Source: Cyanobacteriota bacterium
Lineage (GTDB): Bacteria; Cyanobacteriota; Cyanobacteriia; PCC-6307; Cyanobiaceae
Assembly (NCBI GenBank): GCA_046052125.1
Contig: JBJOMY010000004.1
Location: 256,001-320,000, forward strand
Length of the DNA: 64,000 bases
Reading direction: 5' to 3'
This document shows, in pieces, positions 1 to 10,900 of the stretch (position 1 is the first letter of the stretch; each line of letters begins with the position of its first letter). The translations under genes and the position numbers were made by a program. The notes under the pieces are model-generated. The model was not told the origin of the DNA. It searched no databases and was given only the letters and a program-made list of their open reading frames with translations.

Positions 1-1109
1 TGCAGCGGCTGCCAGTACGCGCTGAGCCCCAAGGCGGTGGTGAGCCCCGGGTTGTTGAAGCTATTGAGCGTGAAGTTGGTGGCGTAATCAATCACTCCGC
101 CCAGGTTCTGCACCGCGCTCACCACCGCGGCTGCTCCCCATTGAGCTGTTTTGAAGCCCAACTGCACGCTGCCGGTGCTGGCGGAAGCGGCGTTGCCGAT
201 GCCCCCCTCCCCCGGATCGCCTTCGGCGCCATGGCCAGCCACGTAGTTGGCGCTGATGCTGAAGCCCCGGCTGGATTGCCACCACAGCCCTGCTCCTGCG
301 CCCAATTGGTAGTTGTAGGCAGCGGGTGCGCCTTTGAGCGTGAACCAATCGAGGATGGTTTCTTCCGGATAAACGCTCGGGCGCAAGGCAAACAGATCCA
401 GTTGGCCGACGCGCGGCCCAAGGCTTGCGGTGAATCCTTTGCCGAGGGGAAACTGGTAATAGAGGCGGTTGATCGCTACACGATCAGGGCCTGATTGTTC
501 CTGGAACGCTGTTTCGAGTGTGGAGAGTTTGCTCGGGCCAGCTCCGTGGAATGTGTTGTTGGTGGTGTTGAAGTTGCCGCCTCGCAGGCGTGCACGCAGG
601 AGGTCTTGGCCCGTGAAGCTGGTGTCAAGGATGAGCTTCAGGTCGTAGTTGAACAGCGTGGCTCCGTAATCACTCCGGCTGCGTTGAACTTCGCTGGTGT
701 CAGTGCCTTCAAAGCGGTTGCTGCCCACCACGAAGCTGGCCAACCCCCTCAGCTTCGTGGTGGCGGAGAAGCGGGTGGCTTCCAGCTCATCAAGGGTGCT
801 TTTGAGACGGTTCAGCTCCGGGCGCAGGTGCTCCATCAGAGCGGTGAGTCCCGGATCCTTGTTCCCGCTCTGCTGCACACAGCTGTTGAGTAGCTCCGCA
901 GCGCTGAAGCGGCTGATCGCTTCCCCGCCGTTTAGCACTGGTTCCGTGGCGGTTGTGGCACAGCCATGCCGGAGCCGTAAGGAGTTCAGGGTCTGGTAGG
1001 CCCAGTCGTCCGGTTGAAGCTGAGACGCGCCCACCGTTCCCTGGGCCTGGGCCGCAGCGAGCCACAGCCAGGTGGCGCTTCCGGCAAGTGCGGCGGTCCG
1101 GCGGCGCAT
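1..1109 (-). CDS. Cyanobacterial outer-membrane porin (SLH domain + OprB/Som-type barrel), 3' end outside window
   Basis: Not in ORF track (no stop in window). Manual translation from ATG at 1109: MRRRTAALAG...QPDDWAYQTL (SLH start)...LEATRFSATTKLRG (porin motif)...GLSAYWQPL. Confidence 0.85.
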   Translation of the reverse strand, partial: MRRRTAALAGSATWLWLAAAQAQGTVGASQLQPDDWAYQTLNSLRLRHGCATTATEPVLNGGEAISRFSAAELLNSCVQQSGNKDPGLTALMEHLRPELNRLKSTLDELEATRFSATTKLRGLASFVVGSNRFEGTDTSEVQRSRSDYGATLFNYDLKLILDTSFTGQDLLRARLRGGNFNTTNNTFHGAGPSKLSTLETAFQEQSGPDRVAINRLYYQFPLGKGFTASLGPRVGQLDLFALRPSVYPEETILDWFTLKGAPAAYNYQLGAGAGLWWQSSRGFSISANYVAGHGAEGDPGEGGIGNAASASTGSVQLGFKTAQWGAAAVVSAVQNLGGVIDYATNFTLNSFNNPGLTTALGLSAYWQPL

Positions 1110-1181
1110 TGGCGGAGCACTTGCAGTCGGCTGATTCAAGCGCGCAGCCTCATTAACGTGATTGCAGTGAGATGCGCAGCG

Positions 1182-1874
1182 GTGCTCAGCGTTCAGCAGC
1201 TGTGTGTGCACCGTGGGTCTGACCTGGTGCTGGATCGGGTGTCGTTCGCGCTGCGGCCGGGCAGTCTGACGGCGCTGGTGGGCCCCAATGGGGCTGGGAA
1301 AAGCACCCTGCTCCAAGCCTTGGAGGGGCAGCTCAAGCTCGCCTCCGGCGTCGTCGAATGGGATGGGGCACCACTGACCCGCTCCAGGGCGCGCCAGTTG
1401 CTGGCGCTGATGCCTCAGCGAGGTGAGATCGCCTGGAGTTTTCCCATCACCGTGCGGGAGCTGGTGGCCTTGGGGCGTGTGGCGGCCCAGCGCCCTGGTT
1501 GCTGCGATGTGGAAGCGGCCTTGCAGCGGGTTGGTCTGGCGGGTCTGGCGCGCCGCCGCCTCGATCAGCTCTCGGGCGGCCAGCAGCAGCGGGCTCTACT
1601 GGCCCGCACGCTGGTGCAACCGGCCCAGCTCTTGCTGCTGGATGAACCCTGCGCGGCGATCGATCCGCCCTCGCGCACGGAGCTGCTGCGGGTGATGCGT
1701 CAGCTCAGTGATGCAGGCCTCACGCTCTTGGTGAGCAGCCATGACTGGGGCCACGATCTTGATGCCTATGACCGGGTGCTGGTGCTCGATCGCCAGCTGC
1801 TGGCCGATGGCAGCCCTCAAGAGGTGCGGCAGGCCCTTGGCGACTTGCGGGTGGGCAACCACTGCTGCGGTTAG
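1182..1874 (+). CDS. znuC: Zn/Mn ABC transporter ATP-binding subunit (ZnuC-like)
   Basis: Walker A GPNGAGKS, LSGGQQQR signature, LLLDEP, SSHD; start uncertain (GTG 1158 or 1182). Confidence 0.85.
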   Translation: MLSVQQLCVHRGSDLVLDRVSFALRPGSLTALVGPNGAGKSTLLQALEGQLKLASGVVEWDGAPLTRSRARQLLALMPQRGEIAWSFPITVRELVALGRVAAQRPGCCDVEAALQRVGLAGLARRRLDQLSGGQQQRALLARTLVQPAQLLLLDEPCAAIDPPSRTELLRVMRQLSDAGLTLLVSSHDWGHDLDAYDRVLVLDRQLLADGSPQEVRQALGDLRVGNHCCG

Positions 1875-2272
1875 CTGCTTTGACGCTGCTGGCAGGCGTT
1901 GCACAACCCGAAGAACTCGAGGGTGTGAAAGAGCATCTGAAACCCATCGGCTTGTTCGCCGTGGAGTTCCACGTTGTGCATGGGGCAGTGCTCCAGCACC
2001 AGGGTGGTGCCGCAGTCCACACAGGTGAGGTGGTGCTCATCGCGCTCCACCGGGGCAAACAGGGCTTCACCGCTGGGTAGATGGCGGCAGCGGATCAATC
2101 CGCGCTGCTGTAGCTGCCGCAGGTGGCGATACACCGTGGCCAAACCCATCGGCTGCGGCCCCTGGCGCAGCAGGGCGTGGAGGTCCTGGCCGGAGAGTTC
2201 ACGATCGGCCAGCTTCAGTTGCTCCAGCAGCAGCTGCTGGCGATCGCTTGAGGCGGCAACCTGGGGTGGCAT
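1871..2272 (-). CDS. zur: Fur-family regulator, Zur type
   Basis: MGLATVYR helix, HHLTCVDCG, FHTLEFFGLCNAC; flanked by metal ABC genes. Confidence 0.8.
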   Translation of the reverse strand: MPPQVAASSDRQQLLLEQLKLADRELSGQDLHALLRQGPQPMGLATVYRHLRQLQQRGLIRCRHLPSGEALFAPVERDEHHLTCVDCGTTLVLEHCPMHNVELHGEQADGFQMLFHTLEFFGLCNACQQRQSS

Positions 2273-2304
2273 GGCCGATCCAGCAAGGCAGGGGCCCCGA
2301 TCTT

Positions 2305-3096
2305 ATGGAGAGTGTGTGGTGGCTGCTGCCTCTGCTGGTGGCCCTTGTGGTCGGCGCCTTATGCCCCTTGGCCGGCAGTCTGCTGTTGGTGCAGCGCCGC
2401 CTGTTTCTGGCCAACTTGGTGTCGCACGCGGTGTTGCCCGGCCTGGCCCTGGCCCTCGCCTTGCGTATTGATGCCGGTGTGGGCGGTGTGATCAGCGGGG
2501 TGGCTGGGGCCCTGCTCGCTGAGCGTTTCAGCAATGCCTCCCGACCTGGTCAGCCCGGTGATGAGGCCGTGCTGAACACCGTTCTGGCCGGTTTTCTTGG
2601 CTTGGGTGTGCTGCTGATTCCCTTATTGGGGATCCGGGTGAACCTGGAGGCGGTGCTGTTCGGGGATCTGCTGGCCGCAGGGCCGGTGGATCTGCTGCGC
2701 AGCCTGCTGGCCCTGGCGGCCATGGTGCTGCTGCTGGGGTTTCGCTATCGCCATTACGTGTACCTGGGGGTTGATCCTCTTGGAGCCGCCAGCGCCGGCT
2801 TGCCAGTGCAGCGCTTGCGGCTGCTGCTCACCTTGGTCACCGCCTTCACGGTGGTGAGTGCGATGACCGCCGTTGGGGTGGTGTTGGTGATCGGGTTGAT
2901 GGGTGCCCCGGCTCTGCTGGCCCTGCCGGGTGCCCAGAGTCTCAGGCGGGCGCTCTGGCGCTCTGCCGCTCTGGGAACACTTCTCAGTGGCGGAGGTTTT
3001 GTGTTGGCGATTCAGCCTTGGCTGAACCTGCCTCCGGGGCCCATGATCGGTGTGTTGTGCCTGGTGCTGCTGCCGTTGCAGCTCTTTCGGCGCTAG
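2305..3096 (+). CDS. znuB: Zn/Mn ABC transporter permease (ZnuB-like)
   Basis: SHAVLPG and LFGDLL motifs, multiple TM helices. Confidence 0.85.
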   Translation: MESVWWLLPLLVALVVGALCPLAGSLLLVQRRLFLANLVSHAVLPGLALALALRIDAGVGGVISGVAGALLAERFSNASRPGQPGDEAVLNTVLAGFLGLGVLLIPLLGIRVNLEAVLFGDLLAAGPVDLLRSLLALAAMVLLLGFRYRHYVYLGVDPLGAASAGLPVQRLRLLLTLVTAFTVVSAMTAVGVVLVIGLMGAPALLALPGAQSLRRALWRSAALGTLLSGGGFVLAIQPWLNLPPGPMIGVLCLVLLPLQLFRR

Positions 3097-3526
3097 CCAA
3101 TGCGCTGGGCGAGCCGCCAATGGCTACCGGCAGCTTGGGGAGGGCATTAGCAGGGAGCTCGTTGCGGATTAGGGATCCGAGCAGCTCGGGACGGTTGGAT
3201 GCGAAATGCAGATGGGGGCCACTGCTCCAAATGCCGGTGCTACCGCAGGTGCCGATCAGGTCGCCCCGCTTGTAGTTTCCGGAAGGCATCGCGGTATTGA
3301 GGTGGCTGTAGCTGGTGATCAGCCCATCAGCACCCTGTAGCTCAAAGGTGATGCCGTGGGTGTAGCTGCGCCGAACTTGCCCCTGGCCGTCATGGGCAGC
3401 GCGCACCGGGGTGCCAACGAAGCAGGCGATATCGATCGCGGGATGGCCCTCTCTCACTCCCTGGGTGATCACCCCGGGCATGGGGTTCAGCAGCTGCAGG
3501 GCAGGGAGGAAGAGGGCAATGGGCAA
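2984..3526 (-). CDS. M23 family metallopeptidase
   Basis: HPAIDIA, GTPVRAAHDG, YSHL, SSGPHLHF (HxxxD and HxH zinc motifs). Confidence 0.8.
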   Translation of the reverse strand: MPIALFLPALQLLNPMPGVITQGVREGHPAIDIACFVGTPVRAAHDGQGQVRRSYTHGITFELQGADGLITSYSHLNTAMPSGNYKRGDLIGTCGSTGIWSSGPHLHFASNRPELLGSLIRNELPANALPKLPVAIGGSPSALASAERAATAAAPGTTHRSWAPEAGSAKAESPTQNLRH

Positions 3527-3640
3527 CAGGCTCCCGCGGCAACGAACTTCCGCGACGAAAATCTGAAGCGAATCTTAAGTTGCGACCCGCTGGACCCTTC
3601 TGTTGCTTATGCGACTGATGGCTCTCCTGGTCTGGCTGTT

Positions 3641-3937
3641 TCAGTGGTGCTGGTGAGCGGGAGCCGTTGGGTGTTCTGAGCAGGGCATCCACTGGCTCCC
3701 CATCCGGGGGGCGCCGCTGCAGTGGAAGTGCTGCTTGGCGGCTGCCTCTGCCTCGGCCTGGGTGGCGTACATCGCTGGTACCCCGCCTGCTGCAGGCTTG
3801 GTGTTGGCCAGGGTGTTCGAAGCGGTTTGCCCTGCGGCCAGAAGAAGGGCCGCGCTTTGAATCACTGCACGACCAAAGCGCCATTGGCGGAAAGGGATCA
3901 GCACGGATGCGATGGGGCTTGGACGTGGCGGCGCCAT
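3641..3937 (-). CDS. DUF3721-like small secreted protein
   Basis: MYATQAEAEAAA...CSGAxxMGSQWMPC motif; start uncertain. Confidence 0.65.
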   Translation of the reverse strand: MAPPRPSPIASVLIPFRQWRFGRAVIQSAALLLAAGQTASNTLANTKPAAGGVPAMYATQAEAEAAAKQHFHCSGAPRMGSQWMPCSEHPTAPAHQHH

Positions 3938-4000
3938 CCAAGGCCATCAGACGTTTGTGATCACCCCCGCCGTTAGGAATCCGACATCGCTCGGCAGGCT

Positions 4001-4468
4001 TTAGGGCGTGGCTCGAAACCAGTCAGGCGTTTGCTCAAAGCAAGCGGCGTTCTTCTCGTTTTCGCGGGCTTCCACCTTCCAGCAGCAGCTGCGTCCGGCG
4101 TCGCGGGTCTGCAGCAGTTGATTGGCCCACTCCCAGACCAGCTGAGCGCTGGCCTCCATGCCCACATTGGTCATCACGCGCAGATCCAGGGCCCCTTGCT
4201 CGTGCAGGCTCTGCCACTGCTTCAGCAGGGGGTCGTCGGCGTTCACCAGGAAGGTGTGATCGAACTGCTCGGTGAGCTGCTGCTCCAGTTGCTTGAGGCT
4301 GGAGAAATCCACCACAAAGCCGTGCTCATCAAGCTCCGTGGCCCGAAACCAAAAGGTGAAGCTGCGGCTGTAGCCGTGCACGAAGCGGCAATGACCGCTG
4401 TGGCGCCACTGGCGATGGCAGCAGGGGTAGCCGCTGAAGGTTTTGCTGCAGGTAAACGCGGCGGTCAT
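4001..4468 (-). CDS. 6-pyruvoyl/6-carboxy-tetrahydropterin synthase family protein
   Basis: CCHRQWRHSGHCRFVHGY, VVDFSSLK, FDHTFL. Confidence 0.85.
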   Translation of the reverse strand: MTAAFTCSKTFSGYPCCHRQWRHSGHCRFVHGYSRSFTFWFRATELDEHGFVVDFSSLKQLEQQLTEQFDHTFLVNADDPLLKQWQSLHEQGALDLRVMTNVGMEASAQLVWEWANQLLQTRDAGRSCCWKVEARENEKNAACFEQTPDWFRATP

Positions 4469-4528
4469 GCCAGGGGATGTCGGGCGGGCTGGGCTTGCGG
4501 GAGGATCGGTAGAGATGGATGAAGGCCC

Positions 4529-5209
4529 TTGCAGGCATCATTTCAGCCGCTCGATCCGGGCTTGATTCAGGCGCTGCGTTTCAACGAAGCCGGTCTGATT
4601 CCCGCGGTGGCGCAGGACTGGCTGGATGGCGCCGTGTTGATGGTGGCCTGGATGAACCGGCAGGCCATCGAGCACACCCTTTCCACCTGCGAGGTGCACT
4701 ACTGGAGTCGCTCACGCCAGGAGCTTTGGCATAAAGGGGCCACCAGCGGTCACACCCAGCGTCTGCGGGGTCTCCGCTACGACTGTGATGCCGACGTGCT
4801 GCTGCTCACAATCGAGCAGAGCGGCGATGTGGCCTGTCACACCGGGGCCCGCAGTTGTTTCTACGACCAAGGCCCGACCCCAAGCTCTGGCGGTCCATCG
4901 GCCATGGCACCCCCCGCCGATGTGTGTACCGAAGTGATGCGTGTGATCGAAGGTCGGCGCGACCAGCCTGAACCCGGGAGTTACACCAACAAGCTGCTTG
5001 AGGGCGGCGACAACCGCATCCTCAAAAAGATCGGTGAGGAGAGCGCTGAATTCGTGATGGCCTGCAAAGACGGCAATGCCGCCGAGATCGCCGGTGAGGC
5101 GGCCGACATCGTCTTCCATCTGCAGGTGGCGCTGGCCCATCACGGTGTGAGCTGGCGTGATGTGCAACGCGTGCTGTCGGATCGCCGCGGGGCGCCGCGT
5201 CGCGAGTGA
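4529..5209 (+). CDS. hisIE: Bifunctional PR-AMP cyclohydrolase / PR-ATP pyrophosphatase
   Basis: YWSRSRQELWHKGATSG, DCDAD, ACHTGARSCF, KKIGEE. Confidence 0.95.
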   Translation: MQASFQPLDPGLIQALRFNEAGLIPAVAQDWLDGAVLMVAWMNRQAIEHTLSTCEVHYWSRSRQELWHKGATSGHTQRLRGLRYDCDADVLLLTIEQSGDVACHTGARSCFYDQGPTPSSGGPSAMAPPADVCTEVMRVIEGRRDQPEPGSYTNKLLEGGDNRILKKIGEESAEFVMACKDGNAAEIAGEAADIVFHLQVALAHHGVSWRDVQRVLSDRRGAPRRE

Positions 5210-5234
5210 TCCTTCGGATCACAGTCGCGAATGA

Positions 5235-6341
5235 TCAGCGTTTGAGCAGGATCGGGCTTCCATGGCGGAGGCCCGCGCTGCCGTTCTGGATCACCCGATC
5301 GCTGGGCTTGATCCCCGACAGCACGGGATACACATCACCCTGGAGTGCTCCCAGGCTGACGGGCTGCTGCAGGGCAACGAGGGTTCCCTTCGGCAGCCGC
5401 CGGATGGCCTGCAGGTCGGCTTTGCCGGGGTCGCGCTCAAGGTCGGCCACGCTGCCCACCACGAACACGAAGCTTTGGCCAAAGCTGCGGGTCACCGCTG
5501 AAAACGGAACCGCCAGTTGCCGCTTCGAGCCGAGGATCACGCGGGTGCGAAGGCGCTGGCCATTGCGGAGCAGCCCCTTGGGATTGCTGATCGTGGCCTT
5601 AGCCAGCAGCGTCTGACTGGCGGCATTGACTCCTGGGTCAATCAGATTGATTCGCCCTTCTGCCAGGGGACGTGGGTTGATGCCATCCAGTAGTTCAACC
5701 CGTTGTCCAATGCTGATGCTGCTGCCCTGGTTGGCAGGAACATCAATACGTGCCTGGAGCTGGTTGTTTCGGATGATGCGGCTGAAGGGTGTGCCCGCTT
5801 GGATCACGTCTCCCGGTTTGATGCTCACGTCCCCCATCACTCCGCCGATGGGGGCTCTCACATCCTTGTAGGAGAGGTCGGCTTGCTTGGCTCGCAGCGC
5901 TTCCTTGGATCCAATCGCTTTGGCCCGCAGCTCGTCGCGCTGTAGGCCGGTGGCTGCGCCCTGGTTCACCAGGCTTTCAAAGCGCTGATAGGCGATGGCA
6001 TAGGTCTGGGCGGCTGCTCGCAGCGCCGCTACATCAGCCCGTAGCTGGGTTTGATCGAGCACCACCAGCAGCTGGCCAGCGCTGACGCTGTCGCCTCCCT
6101 GCACCAGCACCTGCTGCACCCTTCCTCCCGCTTGAGCGGCCAGTTCAATCTCTTTCGTGGCCTCCAGGCTGCTTACGGTTTCCAAGGTGCTCTGGAAGGA
6201 GGCCAAGCGTGGCGGTTCCGCTTGCACCGTTGGGATCGGCCTGCGCCCAGCGCTGCTGCATCCCACAAGAGCCAAGGCGATCGCGCTGCTGATCGCCAGC
6301 TTCGAAGTGGTGAACATCGCAGCGGAATGGGATCTATCCAT
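5235..6341 (-). CDS. RND efflux periplasmic adaptor (lipoprotein)
   Basis: LVGC lipobox, [17 protein letters not shown]; coupled to RND permease. Confidence 0.9.
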   Translation of the reverse strand: MDRSHSAAMFTTSKLAISSAIALALVGCSSAGRRPIPTVQAEPPRLASFQSTLETVSSLEATKEIELAAQAGGRVQQVLVQGGDSVSAGQLLVVLDQTQLRADVAALRAAAQTYAIAYQRFESLVNQGAATGLQRDELRAKAIGSKEALRAKQADLSYKDVRAPIGGVMGDVSIKPGDVIQAGTPFSRIIRNNQLQARIDVPANQGSSISIGQRVELLDGINPRPLAEGRINLIDPGVNAASQTLLAKATISNPKGLLRNGQRLRTRVILGSKRQLAVPFSAVTRSFGQSFVFVVGSVADLERDPGKADLQAIRRLPKGTLVALQQPVSLGALQGDVYPVLSGIKPSDRVIQNGSAGLRHGSPILLKR

Positions 6342-9300
6342 GCTGGCGCGCTCCAGTCCGGGACTGAGGCCGTGCCAGCTCCCAGCCCTTGATGATCCGG
6401 TAGACCCCCGGCACCACGAACAGGCTGAGCACGGTGGCCACCAGTAGGCCTGAGAACACCACCGTGCCGATGCTGATGCGACTACTGGCGCTGGCCCCGC
6501 TGGCGAGCAGCAGCGGTAGGAAGCCGGCCAGGGAGGAGATGGCAGTGAGCAGGATTGGCCGCAGGCGGCTGATCGAGGCCTCTCGGATCGCCTTATCCAA
6601 AGGCAGGCCTTCCCGTAGACGCTGGTTGGCGAATTCCACGATCAAGATTCCGTTCTTGGCCGCTAGAGCCACCAGCACCAGCAAGCCCATCTGGCCGTAG
6701 ACGTCGAGCGGTAGTCCCCTGAGAATCAGCCCCACCACAGCGCCTAAGAGGGCCAGGGGCACGGTGATCAGGATGATCAGTGGATCCAGCAGGTTTTCGT
6801 AGAGGGCTCCCAACACCAGGCCCATCACCACCACCGCCAGCACAAACGCTCGAACGCTGCCGCCACTGGCCTGACGCTCTTCGCGGGCGAGGCCGGTCCA
6901 TTCCAGGGCCACGTTGCTGCCGCCCTGGTCCCGTTCGATCTGCTCCAGGGTGTCCATGGCTTGACCTGTGCTCACCCCCGGCGCGGGTAGGGCCCGAATC
7001 GCGATGGATCGCACCAGACGGGTGTGGTTGATCGCACTGGGCCCCGTGGATGGCACCACCTGCACCAGCTGAGCAACGGGGATCAACTGCCCGCTGCTGT
7101 TGCGCACCTGCAGCGCCAGCACATCCTGCACATCGCGCCGCCCCTGGCCCTCGAGCTGCACGATCACTCGCCTCACCTGGTCGCCTTCAAAGCTGTCATT
7201 CACATAGGTGCTGCCGAAGCTGGCCTGCAGCGTGGAGACGAGCTCGTTGAGCTCCACCCCCAGGGAGGCCATCTGCAGGCGGTCGGGCTGCAGGCGCAGC
7301 AGCGGAGCATCGGCCGTGAAGCGGGTGGACACACGGCTGAAGCGGCCGCTGGCATTCGCCGCCTGGATGAACCGCTGCGCCTCCTGGGCGAACTGCTGAA
7401 TGCTGAGCTGGCCGTTGCTGGTGTCGAGCAGTTCCACCTCGAGGCCGCTTTCGCTGCTGAAGCCGCGCACGGTGGGGGCCTCGCTCAGCACCACCACGGC
7501 GTCCTGAATGCGTTGCGAAAGTTGGCGGTTCAGCCGCTCGGCGATCGCTGCGGTGGAGGGATTGCCGGGTCCCCGTTCGCCGATGCGGTGCAGCCGCACA
7601 AACACCGTGCCCTTGTTGGGGCTGCTGTCTCCGAACGAGCGTCCGGCGTAGAGGTTGGCGCTGCGCAGGGCCGGCTCGGAGGCAATGGTGCTGCGCACCT
7701 GCTCCATCACGGCCTGGGTGCGCTGCAGGGAGGAGCCTTCTGGCAATACCACCACCCCGCGCAGTTGCCCGTTGTCCTCCTGGGGAATGAAGGCAGTGGG
7801 GCGAAGGCTGAGGGCAACGGCCGTGAGCAGCAGTCCCAGGACGAGGGTGATCACCAGGCGGCCGCGGTGCTGCAGGCTGCGATCGAGCCAACGGCCGTAA
7901 GGCCCCTCCAGCCCTTCCAGCCAGCGTCGGGGCGGATCGATCCAGCGCAGCAGCCAGGCCGGTTCCCGCTGCTCGGCGTGCAGGATCCGACTGGCGGCCA
8001 CCGGCGTGAAGCTGATGGCATTGATCGTGGACACCACGATGGCCGCGCCGATGCTGATGGCGATCGGCGCGTAGAGCCTGCCCACGCTCCCTTCCAGTCC
8101 GAGCACGGGCAAGAACACCACCACCAGCACCAGGGAGGTGGCCACCACCGCCCCGCCCAGCTCAGCCATGGCTCCGCGGGCTGCGGCCAGGGGTGAATCG
8201 CCTCGTTCGAGGCGCCGTCCGATGTCTTCGCTCACCACGATCGCGTCGTCGACCACCAGGCCGGAGGCCAGCACCATCCCGAACAGGCTGAGGGTGTTGA
8301 TCGAGGTGCCGCTCAGGTTGAGCAGGGTGATCGAGCCAAGCAGCGAGACCGGCACCGCCAGGGCGCTGATCAGAGCCAGGCGGCTGTTGCCCAGACCCAG
8401 GAGCAGCGTGAGAAACACGAGCAGCACGGCATCGCGGAGGCTGCCCGCCGCCTCACCGATGCTCTCGCGCACCGTGTCGGCCTCATTCACGATGATCTGG
8501 AGGTCAATGCCCGGCGGCAGAGACGGCTCGAGTTCCGCCAGGGCCAGTTCCAGGCCTTCATTCACCTGCAGGGCGTTGCTGCCATCGCGCTGATACACCC
8601 CCAGGGCCACGGTGGGATCGCCCTTGAGGTTGGTGGCGATGCTGCCGTAGCTCTCACTGCCCAAGCTCACGCGGCCGATTTCGCGCAGCAGCACCACGCC
8701 GCCATCCGGCCCTTTGCCCACCACCAGCTGTTCCAGTTCTTCGGGGCTGCGAAGCCGCCCCTCCATCTGCAACGGCAGGGTGGTGGCCTGTCCCGCGGGC
8801 ACCGGTTCATCCCCCACCTGGCCCAGGGCCGCCAACACGTTTTGCGCCTCAAGGGCACTGCGCACATCGCTGATGGTGAGCTGCCGCTCCAGCAAGGCCG
8901 CTGGATTCAGCCAGAGGCGGAAGGCCAGAGGGCTGCCGCCAAACAACGTCACGGTCGCCACGCCCTCCACGCGTTCCAGCCGCTCCTTCGCCACCTGGTT
9001 CACCCAGCCGCTCAGAAACACCTCGCTGTAGCGGCCCCGCTCAGCGCTGAAACTCAGCACCATCAGCAGATCGTCGGAGCTGCGGCGCACCTGAACCCCC
9101 AGGCGCGCCACCTGAGCCGGAAGTGAGCGCAACACCTGGCTCACTTCGTTCTGGGCATTCACCTGATTGAGCTCAGGGGCGCCGCCCCGGAAACTCAGGC
9201 TGATGGTGCTGCCATTGGACGTGCTGGTGGAGCGGATGCTGTCGAGCCGCTCCAGTCCGTTGAGCTGGCGCTCCAGCAGGGCGGTGACCCCTTGCTCCAC

Positions 9301-9489
9301 CACCTCCGGACTGCCGCCTGGGTAGGTGCTGCTCACGCTCACCCGCCCCGGAGCGATCGGTGGCAGGTTTTCCACCTGCAGCTGCACCAGGCTCAGGCCG
9401 CCCAACAGCAGGAGCAGCACACTGAGCACCAGGCTCAGCACGGGCCGGCGCAGAAACAGATCTGAGATCGTGCGTCGGTGTTGCGTCAT
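6334..9489 (-). CDS. RND efflux permease (AcrB/HAE1 family)
   Basis: FLRRPV start, [32 protein letters not shown] at 9489 overlaps upstream stop. Confidence 0.93.
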   Translation of the reverse strand: MTQHRRTISDLFLRRPVLSLVLSVLLLLLGGLSLVQLQVENLPPIAPGRVSVSSTYPGGSPEVVEQGVTALLERQLNGLERLDSIRSTSTSNGSTISLSFRGGAPELNQVNAQNEVSQVLRSLPAQVARLGVQVRRSSDDLLMVLSFSAERGRYSEVFLSGWVNQVAKERLERVEGVATVTLFGGSPLAFRLWLNPAALLERQLTISDVRSALEAQNVLAALGQVGDEPVPAGQATTLPLQMEGRLRSPEELEQLVVGKGPDGGVVLLREIGRVSLGSESYGSIATNLKGDPTVALGVYQRDGSNALQVNEGLELALAELEPSLPPGIDLQIIVNEADTVRESIGEAAGSLRDAVLLVFLTLLLGLGNSRLALISALAVPVSLLGSITLLNLSGTSINTLSLFGMVLASGLVVDDAIVVSEDIGRRLERGDSPLAAARGAMAELGGAVVATSLVLVVVFLPVLGLEGSVGRLYAPIAISIGAAIVVSTINAISFTPVAASRILHAEQREPAWLLRWIDPPRRWLEGLEGPYGRWLDRSLQHRGRLVITLVLGLLLTAVALSLRPTAFIPQEDNGQLRGVVVLPEGSSLQRTQAVMEQVRSTIASEPALRSANLYAGRSFGDSSPNKGTVFVRLHRIGERGPGNPSTAAIAERLNRQLSQRIQDAVVVLSEAPTVRGFSSESGLEVELLDTSNGQLSIQQFAQEAQRFIQAANASGRFSRVSTRFTADAPLLRLQPDRLQMASLGVELNELVSTLQASFGSTYVNDSFEGDQVRRVIVQLEGQGRRDVQDVLALQVRNSSGQLIPVAQLVQVVPSTGPSAINHTRLVRSIAIRALPAPGVSTGQAMDTLEQIERDQGGSNVALEWTGLAREERQASGGSVRAFVLAVVVMGLVLGALYENLLDPLIILITVPLALLGAVVGLILRGLPLDVYGQMGLLVLVALAAKNGILIVEFANQRLREGLPLDKAIREASISRLRPILLTAISSLAGFLPLLLASGASASSRISIGTVVFSGLLVATVLSLFVVPGVYRIIKGWELARPQSRTGARQHG

Positions 9490-10139
9490 GGCGTGGCCAC
9501 AGGGCGTAGCCCGGGCTGCTGCTGGAGCCACTGCAGGCTGCGGCGATCCCGTTCACTCAGCTGCAGGACCGGCTGGGCGCCGGGCTGTACCGCCATCACA
9601 TCGCCAGGCTGATCGCTATGGCCCCAGAGGCCGAAGGCATGACCCAGCTCATGGAGCGCGTTGGCTTGGATCGCAGCCGGGCTCTGCCCGGGACTGATCA
9701 GCACGGCAACCTTTGGCTCGAGCTGCCAGCGTCCCTCGCGCTTCACCTCAAGCAGCTGCAGAGTGGCCCTGCCGTGGCTGGCTCTGTTGTGGAGGATCGG
9801 CGGGCGGCGACGCTCCACCAACACCTGCGCTTGTTCGGGTTGGTCCACCAGCGTGATCGCTAAATCCCGCTGCCAAGTGGTGATCGCCTGAATCACGGCC
9901 TGATGCCAGCGCTGTTCCCAGATGCCAGTGGGGCCAGCCTCACGAACCGGTTCAACCCAGACACACCAATGCGGGCGATGCGGCCATCCCGCAGGCGTGG
10001 GTTTGAGCCGATGGCGGTAGTCGCTCAGGCTGCTGGCTGCAGCCGCAACCGGCGCTGAATCAGGGGTCTGAGGAGCCACCCAGGGGCGGGTTTCCGTGGC
10101 GATCGCGCACGGAACAGAGCTGGGGGGTGGCAGTTCCAC
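9486..10139 (-). CDS. Matrixin-like zinc metallopeptidase
   Basis: [13 protein letters not shown]...DVM metzincin motif. Confidence 0.8.
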   Translation of the reverse strand: MELPPPSSVPCAIATETRPWVAPQTPDSAPVAAAASSLSDYRHRLKPTPAGWPHRPHWCVWVEPVREAGPTGIWEQRWHQAVIQAITTWQRDLAITLVDQPEQAQVLVERRRPPILHNRASHGRATLQLLEVKREGRWQLEPKVAVLISPGQSPAAIQANALHELGHAFGLWGHSDQPGDVMAVQPGAQPVLQLSERDRRSLQWLQQQPGLRPVATP

Positions 10140-10146
10140 CGCCGCT

Positions 10147-10659
10147 TCAGGCGCCGACGCCGCCCGGCAGGCCCACGCCCCGGGCCATCAGGGTGGCGAG
10201 CAGGGGGATCAGGGCAAAGCCCACCAGTTCGATGTTGAGGATCCAGGCCAGGCGTTTGGCCAGGGCCTCACTCACCTGGGGCAGTTCGCCTTTGCGCAGG
10301 GGAATCGCCCAGAGGATGTAGGTGATGGTGGGATAGAGCGACAAGCCGCCCACGCTCAGGTAGAGGCCCACCTTCCACCAGAACAGAGGGTTTTCGGTGT
10401 AGAAGCTGCCGCCCTGCCCGAAATACATCACCCGCAGGATGCCGCTCACCAGCAGGGCCAGGGCGGCCATGCCGTACACCACGTCGGTGATCACCATCAA
10501 GGTGGCGTCCTGCTTGCTCGGGTTGGGGCGGATCAGCCTGCGCTCCAGCACCAGAGCCCCGAAACAGAGCATGAAGCTCAGGTAGTGCACATAAGCAACG
10601 CCGGCCCGCGGCAACACGTCGTTGGAAAGGTCGTTGAGCAAAGCCGCGAAGGCGGGCAT
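10147..10659 (-). CDS. DUF2214-like membrane protein
   Basis: AYVHYLS...FWWKVGL...MARGVG pattern; ATG at 10659. Confidence 0.75.
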   Translation of the reverse strand: MPAFAALLNDLSNDVLPRAGVAYVHYLSFMLCFGALVLERRLIRPNPSKQDATLMVITDVVYGMAALALLVSGILRVMYFGQGGSFYTENPLFWWKVGLYLSVGGLSLYPTITYILWAIPLRKGELPQVSEALAKRLAWILNIELVGFALIPLLATLMARGVGLPGGVGA

Positions 10660-10900
10660 GGCCGGGTGCGTGCACGAATCCCTGACCGTAGCGGCCCTCT
10701 TCGCGCCATTGCCGTGAAGTGTGATGCGCATCCCATCGAGGCCAGGGCACTGCACCAGAAAACTTTCGCTTTTGATGTGGATTTGTGCGTCTGGCGTTGT
10801 GGTGAATTTGGGAAGCAAAGTTGAAACCTGGAAGTCTTTTGGATGCTTTTTTCTTTGAGCGAAAAAGCTTCTAGGTTCAATTCAGTGGATTGGATCCTGC

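Noticed and set aside
1110..1181. Zur box between porin and znuC
   Set aside because: No convincing palindrome could be read
4001..5209. Zur-regulated paralogues of queD/hisI
   Set aside because: Both look like ordinary housekeeping copies; proximity alone is insufficient
7024..8196. Long antisense ORFs (also 15256-16419, 17589-18947, 25286-26281, 35235-36305, 44377-45642)
   Set aside because: Shadow frames of well-supported genes in high-GC DNA; no motifs
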